Source: the human T2T-CHM13v2.0 reference genome, Homo sapiens | Strand: one strand, 5' to 3' | Assembly: GCF_009914755.1 (NCBI RefSeq) | Contig: NC_060932.1 | DNA: 64,000 nt | Part shown: piece by piece, positions 1 to 12,678 of the stretch | How the letters are laid out: each line of letters opens with the position of its first letter | How positions within the stretch are numbered: position 1 is the stretch's first letter | Position numbers and translations under genes: made by a program | Notes under the pieces: model-generated | Told to the model about the DNA's origin: nothing | Database searches by the model: none | What the model saw: the letters and a program-made list of their open reading frames with translations, nothing else

Positions 1-182
1 CTGATGAGGTCCAGGTAATAATTCTGCAATTGGTGTCTGGATCTGGACCCCTGGCATAGACGCCAGCTCCAGTGCCTTCCAGAATGAGCTGCAAGATCTG
101 TGGTAACTCATTTAGGAGAGCTCTGGCATCCGACCCGGGTCCCCCAATGCCACTGCACAGCTATTCACCAAGCAGAAGAAAG

Positions 183-362
183 ACCTTGGCAACTCTCTTC
201 ATCTCACCAAGCCTCGGTTTCCTCATCAGTGCAGTGAAGATAGTAATATTTCCTAGCTCATGATGTCACAAAAATTAAATTAGATAATTCATGAAAAGTG
301 CTTAGCAGAGTTTCCAACACATGGTAATCACTCAGAAAACATTTGTTAGTATTATGATTATT
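183..362 (+). mobile_element. MIR SINE fragment
   Basis: MIR core GACCTTGGCAA...GCCTCGGTTTCCTCATC and 3' part AAAAGTGCTTAGCAGAG...ACATGGTAA. Confidence 0.8.
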
Positions 363-384
363 ACATACAAGTAAATTAGGTGGT

Positions 385-2026
385 AATACTGTCCCAAGCA
401 ACCTACAGATTCAATGAAATCCCTACCAAAATCCCAATGAAATTTTTGCAGAAATGGAAAAATCCATGCTAAAATTTACATGGAATTTTGAGGGACTTCG
501 AATACCCAAAACAATCTTGAAAAAGAGCATAGCTGTAGCTCTCAGACTTTCTGATTTCAAAACTTACTATAAAGCTACAGTAATGAAAACAGCATGGTAC
601 TGGCATAAAGATAGTCAAACAGACAAATGGAATAGACTATAGAGCCCAGAAATAAATGCTCACATATGTAGTCAAATGATTTTCAACAAGAGTGCCAAGA
701 CCATTCAATGGGGAAAGGACAGTCTTTTCAACAAATGGTGCTAAGGAAACTGTAAGTCTGCATGCAAAAGAATGGAGTTGCACTCTTACCTGACAATATA
801 TACAAAAATTAACTCAAAATGAAGCAAAGGCCAAAATGTAAGGCCTAAAACTATAAAACTCTTAGAAGAAAAAAATTGAGAAAAGATTCATGATCTTAGA
901 TTTGGCAATAATTTCTTGGCTATGACACTAAAGACAGACAATTAAGGAAAATATATAAATTGTACTTCATCAAAATTAAAAACTTTTCTGCATAAAAGGA
1001 CACTATCAACAGAGTTAAAAGGCAGTTCACAGAATGGGAGAAAATATTTGCAAATTACATATCTGATTAGGTATTAATATCCAGAATATAGAGTGAATTC
1101 CTAAAACTCAACATCAAAAAAAAAAAGAAAAACAAAAACAAAAACAAAAACAAAAAACCCGATTCAGAAATGAGGTAAGGACTTGAATAGACACTTCTCC
1201 AAAGAAGACATATAAATGGTCAATAAGCACATGAAAAAAAATACTCAACACCGCTAACAACTAATCATTAGGGAAATGCAAATCAAAGCCAAAATGAGAT
1301 ACCACTTTACCCATTAGGATGGCTATTATTAAAAAAAAAAAAACATAGAAAATAACAAATGTTGGCAAGGACACAGAGAAATTGGAACATTTGTATATTG
1401 CTGATGGAATGCAAAATGGTACATCCACTGTGGAAATCAGTATGATGGTTCCTCAAAAAAATTAAACATAGAGTTATCATTTGACCCAGCAATTCCACTT
1501 TTGGGTATATAGACAAAATAATTTTAAGCAAGGACTAGAACAGATATTTGTATCCCAATCATCATAGAAATATTATTCACAATAGCCAAAATGTAGAAAC
1601 AACTTAAGTCTCATCAACAGACGAAGAGATTAACAAAATGGCTGTATACATAAAATACAATATTATGCAGCCTTAAAAGGAATGAAATCCTAATACAAGC
1701 TACAATGTGAACTTTGAGAACATAATGCCAGGCAAAATAAACCAGATACAAAAAGATAAATATTGTATGATTCCACTTACATGAGGAACCTAAAGTAGTC
1801 AAATTCATAGAGACAGAAAGAGAATAGTGGTTATCAGAGGCTGGGGAGAAGGAAGAATGAGGAGTTAATTGCCATAGAGTGTCAACATGGAGTGATGAAA
1901 AAGTCCTAGAGATGGGTGGTGGTGATGGCTGCACAACAATGTAAATGTTCTTAATGCCACTCAATTGTACACTTAAAATTGGTTAAAATCGTAAATTTTA
2001 TGTTATGTTTTACTAAAATAAAAATA
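385..2026 (+). mobile_element. LINE-1 (L1MB-like) 3' fragment: decayed ORF2 C-terminus plus 3' UTR
   Basis: ORF 454-642 (LKFTWN...DFKTYYKATVMKTAWYWHKD..DKWNR) matches L1 ORF2p. It ends in the L1MB-type tail AATGCCACTCAATTGTACACTTAAAATTGGTTAAAATCGTAAATTTTATG. There is an internal A/CAAAAA expansion at about 1116-1157. Confidence 0.93.
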
Positions 2027-3289
2027 ATTAATTAGATTGGGTCTAGAAACCAATTTCTAGTTTCTCCAAACAAATGCAGTGTGACTTTATTACATAGACT
2101 GCAAAATAAATAATAAGTGATGATAAAATTTTGTACAGGTATACTTAGCATTGCTCTGTAAAAGGTACTGAGCCTGTCCTCAGTTTCCTTTGGGAGAAAA
2201 ATCAAACGTGTCAGCAAATAACTAGATGCTAATCAGAAATCATCTGCAGTATTACACAACAGTATCATGCACATTACCCAGCATGGCAATTGGCATGGGT
2301 CTACACATTTTGCATTGGTTAAATTTATATTTCTTAAGGATACTTCTTATTTCAGTGGAGGTCTCTATCTCATTCCATTTCTCCCATGTGGTTAGGACAA
2401 CAATATATAAACTTATCCAGCAAATATTCCAGTGGAAGCATTTTTACTTCTGGGTAACACCAAAAAATCTGAGAGTCTATTCTTACATCCTTTTGGATAA
2501 AATAGGAAAAGAAATCCCAGGTGTTGTCAGAAATCTATGTAGATCAAAGAAACAATCCAGGCTCTTGGGATTTGCCTAAAGTTCTGTTCTTTTGACCCTG
2601 ATTCTCTTTCAGACCTGGATCATGCCCACATATCTATCTCTATCTTAGGATCAGTGACCACTATTAATACCCAACCCTTTCATAGGAACTCCAGGTAACT
2701 GCTGGAGGATTAAACAAGTCAGCCTCTCCACTAATTGAGCTTTGACTTCATTGGTCTTTTCTAGCAGCTAGATTTACTCCCGAGTTCTGGCCCTTCTTTG
2801 TGGATTACTTATTAACTTTGGTCCTTGTACTGTTCTTAGTACCTTAGCCTCGTTTTGATAACCCTGTCCCCAGTCCCTTTTTCTTCGTGCCCATCTTCTT
2901 TCATGAGCACGAAGTCAGAACCCTCAGCCTGAGGCCCTTACCTGCTAAAAGTGTTCCCTGGTGCTGCCTGTCTGGATACAAGGGTAGAGTCTGCTGATAG
3001 ACTCCTGGCTGTTACTCATTCTGCTTGTTAGGGTGCTCCTGACATCAAAATTGCAGCACAGGATGCCACGTATTACCTGTTGTTTATTCTCTATTCTTGA
3101 AATTCTGCTTGCTTAGATGAAACTTTTCTTACTATTTACAGTTGATTTCTCTCTATATGTCTACCTGACTCCAGAAATTGTAACCTCACACTTTCTTCAT
3201 TTGCTGCACACTTCTTCAGGACTAAGTCTACACAGACCAAAAGATACTAAGCGCTGTTTCTTTCTAGCTTTGAACAACAACAAAAAAGG

Positions 3290-3785
3290 CCTATATTGAT
3301 GCTTATAAAGTACCCCAAAATTTAACAGCCTGTAACAACTAATATTTATTATCTCACGTATTTTCTGAGAGTCAGGTATCTGGGAATAGCTTATGAGGCT
3401 AGATCTGACTCAGGGTCTCTCCACTGGATTCCCCAGTCAAGATGCTGACCTTGGCTGCAGTCATCTGAAGGTCTGGAGAGTCCACTTCCCAAACAGCCCA
3501 CCAAGCTACTTTCTGGAGCTCTCAGTCCCTTTCCACGTAGACTTTTCCACAGGGCTGTTTGAGAGCCTCACAACGTGGCAGCTAGCTTCCATTAGGGTGA
3601 ACAATCCAAAAAAGAGAGAGCCAGTAGAAGTCCAGTGCCTTTTATGACCTAACTTTGGAAGTCACTTACCAATGCTTCAGCCATATTCTAATGGTCACAC
3701 AGAGTGACCCTAATGCAAAGTGGGAGGCAAACACCCAACAGAGTGAATACCAGGTGGGGATTATTGGGGGCCACCACAAGGCCTA
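3290..3785 (-). mobile_element. ERVL-MaLR solo LTR (MLT1 family)
   Basis: TACCCCAAAATTTAACAGCCTGTAACAAC...ATTTATTATCTCAC...GTCAGGTATCTGGGAATAGCTT, GGCAGCTAGCTTCC and CTTTTATGACCTAACTTTGGAAGTCAC resemble antisense MLT1. Confidence 0.8.
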
Positions 3786-4924
3786 AATAGAAGCAAAAGA
3801 TTTATAAAAAATAAACAACAACAAAAAGCAAAAACAAAAACCAAGGACTTCTCTTTAGTCTGTCCCTGATACTTTATATTTGACTTTTGCCCTGAATTTC
3901 CATACCCAATACAGTATATAAGCAAACTAAGAACAGTAGCACTTAAACAATTTCCAAGAGACTTCAGCTCATTGATTCTCTGCTTTCTTGCTCTCATTCC
4001 TATCTTCTTGGTTCTCAGATCTCAGAGTACGTCAGTGACAATCTTGGATAAGAAAACTACTAGTTCTATTCCCAGGCCCCAGAAATGGAGGTTTCTTATT
4101 ATTTAATCAGCTCTCTCTCCAGGAAGGCATAAGGAAATAGAGGAAGAAGGTCATCAAACTACAGGGAATACTTGCCTGCTTGTTGAGATCATCACATTGA
4201 GTTCAGCTGGTGTTGCTGAGGTAGGCATCTTATACCAGCATTTTCAAATGGTTCCAGAGAATATTAGTTTCCTTGTAATTTTATTTAAGAATTCCATATG
4301 TCCCAGAAATGATTCTCAGTATAATAATTGTACTGATAATATTCAAGAAATAAAAAAGCAAAGATAATCTTGATTTGATTATGTACCATACTTAAAGTGC
4401 ACTTAATCTAATCAAGAAACCATCATCATTTAGCTTAATTTATCTGTGCTATTCTTTCCTTCTTTCACTCTGTCTTTTTTCTTTTTGAATTGAAAATAAG
4501 AAGAGACTTAGAAATTATTTTTTTTGTGAAAGTAAAACTAGGGAATGAGAGAACATAGAGATAACAGAAAACACCCATAATCTCTTTTAATCTTTTTGAC
4601 AATTTTTAGATTGCATTTGCCACCTCTATAACCCACCAACTCAGCCTTCTCTTAGACTAAATAACTAAAAGTGTGTCTCTCAATTTAACTTGGAGTTGAG
4701 CCTAGGGGATGCGGAGGAATGTGGAGAAACAATCTGAGAAGAAGGCTAGAACTTGAGTAAAAACGTGTCTTCCTGTTCTTCACAAACAGAAGCCTAAATA
4801 CCACCACATGTTGTTTCCAGAACTCCAGCAGATTCTGCAATGTATCTTCACTAGTTGCTCTTTTTCTGTGTCTATTGTTGCTTTCTCTTGCTACATTTAA
4901 CCTATGAAGTTGTTGTTTATCATT

Positions 4925-5560
4925 GCTTGGTCCTGGGCTCTGAGCTCTTCTTTCTATAACTCTCTTCCTAAGTTATCTCATGCTTTCCTGTGACTTTAAG
5001 TTCCTTCTGTATTTTAATAATGCCCAACTTTGTATTTCTCAGCTAAATTACCCCTTTAAGTTCCATTCACATAAATCTAACTACCAACTAATATGATCAC
5101 TTGAATGTCCTACAGGCCTCCTCAACTTAACATGTCTAAAACCCAGCCTTCATGCAGTGCTCACCTCCCTCATATCTGCTTGTCTCTCAGTCTTCACAGC
5201 TCTGTAAATGACAGCATCCCGCTGCACAAACAGAAAATCCTAGAAATTATCTTGAATCCTTCCTCTCCCTCATGGTTCCTATATGCAAGCCATCACAAAG
5301 TCCTGTCATGTCTGCCTCTAAAATAGGTGACAACCCTGCCTGTTTTCTCCATTTTATTGTTCATTGCCCTAGTCCATGTGCAATCACTTCTCCCCTTGTT
5401 TCTTACAATTGCCTCATCATTATTTAACATTTCATTTTGTCCTCATAAGTCATTTCTTCACACAGCAATCAGACTTATCTGCTTCCATCAACTCCCTTCA
5501 CTGATTTTTCACATAGAAGTACATGGAAACACATCTACTTTCCGTATCATGGTTTATGAT
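4925..5560 (+). mobile_element. L2 LINE fragment
   Basis: CACTTGAATGTCCTACAGGCCTCCTCAACTTAACATGTCTAAAACC is the typical L2 motif, and the flanks are pyrimidine-rich. Confidence 0.75.
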
Positions 5561-5639
5561 GCCTGCACAGGTGGCTCACACCTGCACAGTTGTACCTTTT
5601 TCTTCCTTCTTCCCCATTGCCTGTCAAATGAAAATGTGA

Positions 5640-5900
5640 GGGGGTGAAGGACAGTGGATCACAGCAAGTCAATGGCTTGTTAGACTAGGGAAGCAAGCTG
5701 GAAAGAGACAGGGTGTTGGCAGAGGGCAGGATGCTTGCAGTTGAGATTGTGAAGTGAGTGGCTGAGGAAGGATGGAGGGAAAGTGAAGGAACCCAGAAAC
5801 CAAGGTCCTGGAAGAACCATTGCTATGGCTATTGAAACTACAATGATTATGGCAGGGAAACAAAATGAGAGATGGACTGGGAGTCTCCAGGATTGAGAAA
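5640..5900 (-). mobile_element. probable antisense L2 fragment
   Basis: Purine-rich degenerate sequence (GTTGAGATTGTG, ATTGAAACTACAATGATTATGGCAGG) resembling antisense L2 ORF2. Confidence 0.4.
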
Positions 5901-6010
5901 TGAGACACCTGAGAGCATTGGCAGGTGACTGTAACAAAAAGAGGTCATGTGCAAACTTTAAACCTTATATTATCACAATAATATGTATTTATAACGTTAA
6001 TGTAGAAAAC

Positions 6011-6320
<310 letters not shown>

Positions 6321-6533
6321 ATTATTTGAACACACATTATGTCTTTTAATATTTTTATAGGCTCTATGATGTAAGACTTTGTGGGGAAAGACAACGAACA
6401 TTTGTTCAGTCTATTCTCTGGGCCAGGAACTGAGCTAATTTTTTTTCATACATTATATCTTTTAATCCTGAACCTTTCCATCTGTTCAGCAACTTTTGTT
6501 CTCACAGTTGCTTTCTTGGAATTAATAGTCTCC

Positions 6534-6713
6534 ACTTGGGCGGGGTGAAGGAGAGCATCAGGATAAATAGCTAATGCATGCCGGGCTTAATACCTAAGTG
6601 ATGGGTTGATAGGTGCAGCAAACCACCATGGCACACATTTACCTATGTAATAAACCTGCACGTCCTGCACATGTATCCTAGAACTTAAAATTAAAATAAA
6701 TTAAATTTTAAAA
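6534..6713 (+). mobile_element. 5'-truncated L1PA (older primate) 3' end
   Basis: ATAGCTAATGCATG...GGTGCAGCAAACCACCATGGCAC...AACCTGCACGTCCTGCACATGTATCC. TSD AATAGTCTCC (6524-6533) / AATCGTCTCC (6714-6723). Confidence 0.93.
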
Positions 6714-7574
6714 AATCGTCTCCCCTCACTGATTAATCATGCTAAGGAAGAAGAGCTGTCCTTTTGTGAAGACTAACTGGCTTCTCCAGCTTTTCTGGAT
6801 TGGTAGGATAGCAATTGAAACAGTCTTAATATTTTCAGGGAGACTGTCTGGGAGACCGAACAGTAGAGATCAGATAGACTGGAACAGAGAGAGAGGATAA
6901 AATGAGACTGTCAAGTTATGTTGCCTTGGCTACATGAGAATAATTTAGGCAAGGAGGTGAGAAATTAAACAATAATTGAGAACAAAACTTTCATGGCCAT
7001 GCTCCTCAAGAGCTGAATGAAAAAGAGCTAATAATTGATGCATTCGGACAACCCTGCCCAAGTTCTGAACCCTTTCAATGGCCACCTCCCACCTACCCCA
7101 GGACAGAGCCATTCCACACTCAGGAGAGCATTCACCAATTATCAAGAACTTACTATGCACAGGCACTGAGCCAAACACTGTCATTCTCAAGGATGACGGT
7201 GCTGACATAGAGCCACCATGGGTGTTCTCATGAGAAGTATGTTCTCATCATTTTCTTTCCTTGTCCTTTTCTGAAGCTTAAAAATTCCCTACTTACATAT
7301 ATAATAATCATCAGTTACTTTTCTGAGACAAGACAGAGACCAGCCACTTTGAGGTTTAGGGGATTTTCATGAGCTGTTTTGAATTAAGACATAGTTCTTT
7401 GTCCTTAAAGAAAACTCAGAAAGGCTTGCATGTGAATTCAGTGAGGTCAATGATGGTAATTACTGAGGTCAGTGCTCCCACTTTGTATGCAGTGGAGCAC
7501 AACTGGGGCCTGTTGAGGGGATAAAGACCCCTCCCTTACTCATTTGAGGTTGTGGAAGGTCCACGTGGAAAGTT

Positions 7575-7780
7575 CAGAAGCTTTGGGCTTAATTCCTACT
7601 TCTGCCACTTGCTAGCTGTTTGACCTTGGACAATTTACTCCATCTCTTTGTATATTAGTTCCCCACACCCAAAATGAACATAGTAACATCTGCCTTATTG
7701 AGTTGCTTTTAGGCTTAATGAGTTAATATATATTTTGTGCTCACACATAGTAGGTATTCAATAAATAATAGCTAGTATTT
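7575..7780 (+). mobile_element. MIR SINE
   Basis: TCTGCCACTTGCTAGCTGTTTGACCTTGGACAATTTACT core and CACATAGTAGGTATTCAATAAAT tail. Confidence 0.82.
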
Positions 7781-8479
7781 TAAGGTCAAAATCATTAGCT
7801 AATGGGTACTATATCACCTAAATTGGTCGTGCCTGTGGAATAAATCAAGATTTATTATCCTATTAAATGCTCAAAACTGACCACATCAAATGCTATTTTT
7901 ACACTACTTTATATGTCTTAAGGCTTCCTTCCTCTTTCTTCTTTAACAGAAGCAATGAGAGGATTATCTTACTATTTTTCTTTAACCTTTGGTCCAAGAA
8001 GTTTTTTGAGGCCAGCAAACAGCTCTTCTTCAAAGCTACGCAGGAGTTGAGGACAAGGCAGCAGCTGTCCTTCCCTCTGGTTCAATAAGGGAAGCCTGGG
8101 CTGGACAAATTAAAGGAAAGCCCACCAGAGCTAAGAAGCCTAGGTTCCTGGGCCATCACAGAATCAGGCCAGAACAATGAAGAGAAAGACAAACTCTACC
8201 ACTCCACAGTCACAGTCTATTTCAAAATGGAAACGAGAGGATGCAGGCTACTCTTGGCATGCCTCTCTTTCTCTGAATGTAAACTTCCTCTGATTTACTG
8301 TCAAATGCTTTGAATATATTGGGAAAGAGAAAGGGGCTAACATGAAAATCAAAAATGTTTAGGCTACAGATTTGTTTTGTACAAATATTTTTCAAGGTTT
8401 GAGTGTTTTTTGTTTTTTTTGTTTTTTGTTTTGGTTTTTCTCTGTCCAATGGCTCTTATTTATTTGGCCTGTCTCTTTA

Positions 8480-8808
<329 letters not shown>

Positions 8809-10449
8809 AAAGACAGAATGGTCCCAACGCAAAATGCTCCTTTTGGGCTTTATGGGGGTGCTGTTCTTGTAATGATTCAGCCCCTTCAAGGCTGGGAGAT
8901 GCAGCCTCCCACTCCTGTAGCACTATCCTGGTTTGAGGCACTTATGTCTAGAATCCAAATGACAGGCCTGGAGCAATGGCTTTTTTTCTTATTTATGTAT
9001 CTGACACCTAAGCTTGTTTATCTCCCCTAGTGACTAAGCACACTAAGTACTTTCTGAAGCAAGTGAAACAGAAACAAGCTCTTCCCTCTTTACATTCCAG
9101 TAGCATTTCTGGTCCCTCAATTTTTTCACTATAAGAGCCCTTAGAGTCTATCTATTCTAGACGTTTAAGAACTCATCATGCCAGTAAGAAGCCCTGCCTA
9201 CCAGGGAAAGGAGCAGACCTTTCTCACAGACCACAGTTCTACTGGAAAATAAATGCAAGTAGTCAGCTTGTTTCCTTGACTAGGGGAAACTAAAGTAGAA
9301 ATTCAGCTCAGGCCTTACGGAGTTCACTTCCTTACACAGAGTTTGTTTGGATTAACTTGGATTAATTTGGATTAACTCTGACACTGTAGACATAACATCC
9401 ACACAAACACCTGTTTCGTGGGCAAGTGGTTGCATGCATTATAGAAACACATAAATACTTAGGAAGCATTATTAAAGTTTGGTCTTTTATATGGTTTACA
9501 TAAACATTCAAATGTTTTACAAATGTAATGGCCTCATAGGCAGTATCTGGTCCTTTTAAAAAATTGTTCTAGGCCACTTAAAAATTGACTTTGACCCTTT
9601 TAAAATGGCAGAGGGATCTAGTTCCTCACAGTCCTCCCCGTTACCTCACTCACTAGCATTACTTTTCTGAAATAATTGATGTTTGTGAAATCCTTGAAAT
9701 AGTTTGTTTGCCCTTAGCATCACAACTTTCACTTAACCAAAAGAAATGTGACTTACTATGCCCTTACATTGTTACATCAATAAGCTTTTAAAATATATAT
9801 GGCTTTGGAGGCACAGAGGCTCGGAGTTTGTAGAGGCTGAAAAAGCAGTGGAGCAGCCAGCATCTTGGAGGGAAGGCAGATGTCCTGCCCTGTCCTTCCC
9901 AAAGCAGATCTATTGTGCTGCTGCTGCCTGGCGTTGGGGTACCTGCTCTACAGGCAGAAATCAGTTAAGTTCAGCAACAGAGAGAGAATGAGGAAGGGCT
10001 GGAGAAGGAGGAAGGCACAAAAGGAGACTGGCTGTGAGTAGGCAGCAAATTCAATACAAGAATAATTTGTTCCTTTCCCAAAAGAAGCCGAAAAAAATTT
10101 TCTTTTGATAATAATGAATTTTGTTTTATTGATGAACATCTATGGGCGTGAGAAGATGGATCATGTGGGCTGTAACCGGGGTAACCGAGTGGGCAGTAGT
10201 TTAGGCAGCCTGATAAATTTATGGTGAGAACTGCTAGGACGGATTCATCTGTACACTTCAGCCTCCTCTTTCCGCAATATCACCTGATGCTGTGATGGAC
10301 TGTGAGCTCACCTGTGTGTCAGAGACAGGAAGGTTGGCTGGCTATGGAAGCATCTAGTCTTATTTATATGCGTTCATCAGAAAAGAGGAAAAGGAGTGAA
10401 AAACAGAAAATGTAAGAAAAGTAAAAGTAAGATATGCTGAAAAGCATTA

Positions 10450-11725
10450 TTTTTTATTGTTTCTCATTGAAGTGTAATAATTATACATATGTATGCAGTA
10501 CAGTGAGGGTATTTTAACACATGCATACAATGCGTAATGATCAAATCAGGATAATTATCATATCTATCATTCTGATTTGATCATTACACATTGTATGTAT
10601 GTGTTAAATACCCACACATTACTGCATATCTATCACTTCAAACATTTATAATTTTTTGTATTAAGAATATTCAGAATCCTCTCTTCTAGCTATTTGAAAA
10701 TAGACAATAAATTATTGTTAACTATAGCCACCCTACAGTGCTATAGAACACTAGAACTTATTTCTTCCATCCAGCTATAATTTTGTATCTGTCAATCAAA
10801 CTCTCCCTATCTTCCTCACCGCCACCCTCCCTAGCCTCTGGTAACCACTATTCTATTCCCTACTTCTATGAGATCAGCTTTTTTTAGCTTCCACATATGA
10901 ATGAGAACATACAGTATGTAATTTTTCTGTGCCTGGCCTGTTTCCCTTAATATGATGTCCTTCAAGCTCATCCATGTTGCCACAAATGATATGCTTTCAT
11001 TCTTTTTAAGGCTGAATAGTATTCCATTGTGTATATATACCACATTTTCTTTAAAAAATTTTTTTTAATTTCAACTTTCATTTTAGATACACAGGTTACA
11101 TGTGCAGATTTGTTAACATGGGAATATTGTGCAATGCTGAGGTTTGGGGTATGGATCCCTCCCACCACCCAGGTAGTGACCACAGTACCCAATAGGTAGT
11201 TTTTTAACCCACTCCACCTCCACCATCTAGCAGTTCACAATGGCTATTGTTTCCATAGTTGTGTCCATGTGGGCTCAATGTTTAGCTCCACTTAAAAGTG
11301 AGAACATGCAGTATATACCACATTTTCTTTATCCATTTATCCATTGATAGACACTTAGGTTGATTCCACATCTTGGCTATTATAAATAGGGCAGCAATAA
11401 ACATGGGAATACAGATATCTCTTTGACTTACAGATTTCAGTTACTTTGGATATATATCCAGAAATATGATTCCTGGATCATATGGCAGTTCTATCTTTAG
11501 TTTTTGAGGACCCTCTATATTGTTGTTGTAATGGCTGTACTAATTGATATTCCCACCAAAGGTGTACCAGAGTTTCCCATTCTCCACATCTGCATCCTCA
11601 TCAGCTTTTGTTATATTTTTTGTCTTCTTGATAATAGCCATTCTCACTGGGTTGAGATGATATCTCCTTGTGGTTTTGATTTCCATTTCCCTAAAAATTA
11701 GTAATGTTGAACATTTTTTCATTAG
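10450..11725 (-). mobile_element. LINE-1 (L1MA-like) 3' fragment, interrupted by a fold-back insertion and a nested L1
   Basis: Antisense L1MA 3' UTR (CATACAATGCGTAATGATCAAATCAGG, CTCTTCTAGCTATTTGAAAATAG). Minus-strand ORF2 remnants are MVYIHNGILFS and REMEIKTTRRYHLNPVRMAIIKK. Confidence 0.92.
11054..11311 (-). mobile_element. Nested L1PA/L1PB-type 3' end
   Basis: TTTCAACTTTCATTTTAGATAC...ACATGTGCAGATTTGTT...GTACCCAATAGGTAGTTTT. Perfect 20-bp TSD TATATACCACATTTTCTTTA at 11034-11053 and 11312-11331. Confidence 0.9.
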
Positions 11726-12574
11726 GTCTATTTTTAAACGTGCAGCTACAGTGCACATAACACAAATCTGTACACAACAATGACCAGATCGTTTTGATCC
11801 TTGTTTGAGACAATAAGTCATCAGCTCTTTGGAACTTTGACAGTCCTCAAGCAGAAAACCTCAGTTTCTCTGGGTTATTACCTGATACCTCGACCACCTT
11901 ATCATTGGTTGATGGATATGTAAAAGAAAAGTTCCTTCTGTTAAATGTGTTCAGCAAAAAAATAACTTCTGATTAATAAAAAGAATTAGCCAAGCATATC
12001 AGATTAGTACAGCACCGGAAGCCCATTGGCAGATTTGTAAGATTCTGAATAAGGAATCATCAATTATGACCTAGTCTATTAGGGAATCTCTGTGAAAAGA
12101 ATTAAGGCCTATATGATAAAATATATTTCTAAATGTTCATTGATCAACATACAGAAGTCTGCTACATTAACAATATATTCAAGTTAGCCAACTCTTAAGG
12201 TTTCTCCATCTTCCAGAGAGTGACAATTGAATTTTGTGTCTATGAATCATTCTATGATTATGAATTAGTTTTGCATTTATTTTAATTTTGTAATGTGTTA
12301 ATGTTTCAAAGCAAGAACTTTAACATGTAACAGGAGCTCTTCAGAATTACCTCATGAAGACTATTTTGGTTAATACTAATAAAGTCTGATATTTCGAAGA
12401 TAGTTTCTCATCAACTGGCAGGCCTCATATTTCACAATTTCATGTTGACATATTGACTTTTATGTCTTAGTAGAGCTACAAATGCCAGTAAATGTGGCAT
12501 CTGAAATAGAGGAAAGATTCTGTCTATTAAAATTCTTTGAATTTTTTTAAACATATAATGTTGGGAGTAGCAGG

Positions 12575-12678
12575 AAATAAGGAAAATCATAATTTCCAAA
12601 TGATTTATCTTTAAATTCATCAATTCCAAATGATATATTTAAAAATAAATCATTTGGAAATGATGATTTTCCTTATTT
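12575..12678. repeat. Inverted repeat, 42-bp arms (2 mismatches), 20-nt spacer
   Basis: Left arm AAATAAGGAAAATCATAATTTCCAAATGATTTATCTTTAAAT; reverse complement of the right arm AAATAAGGAAAATCATCATTTCCAAATGATTTATTTTTAAAT. Confidence 0.95.

Noticed and set aside
1-60. CTGATGA followed by a GGTCCAG/CTGGACC stem, resembling a hammerhead ribozyme core
   Set aside because: The obligatory GAAA after stem II is absent (CCTGG follows), and stem I would lie outside the window. Other CTGATGA...GAAA hits (about 23504, 35212, 44447, 52577) lack a viable stem II or III.
1-263. GC-richer start with ORF 72-263 and open minus-strand frames running off the edge
   Set aside because: I recognise no protein similarity, the plus ORF ends in a MIR, and the sequence is truncated by the window edge
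454-642. ORF with clear protein similarity
   Set aside because: It is a decayed L1 ORF2p remnant, not a host gene. The same applies to 10831-11043, 11540-11821, 26301-26543, 27002-27378 and 27644-27997.
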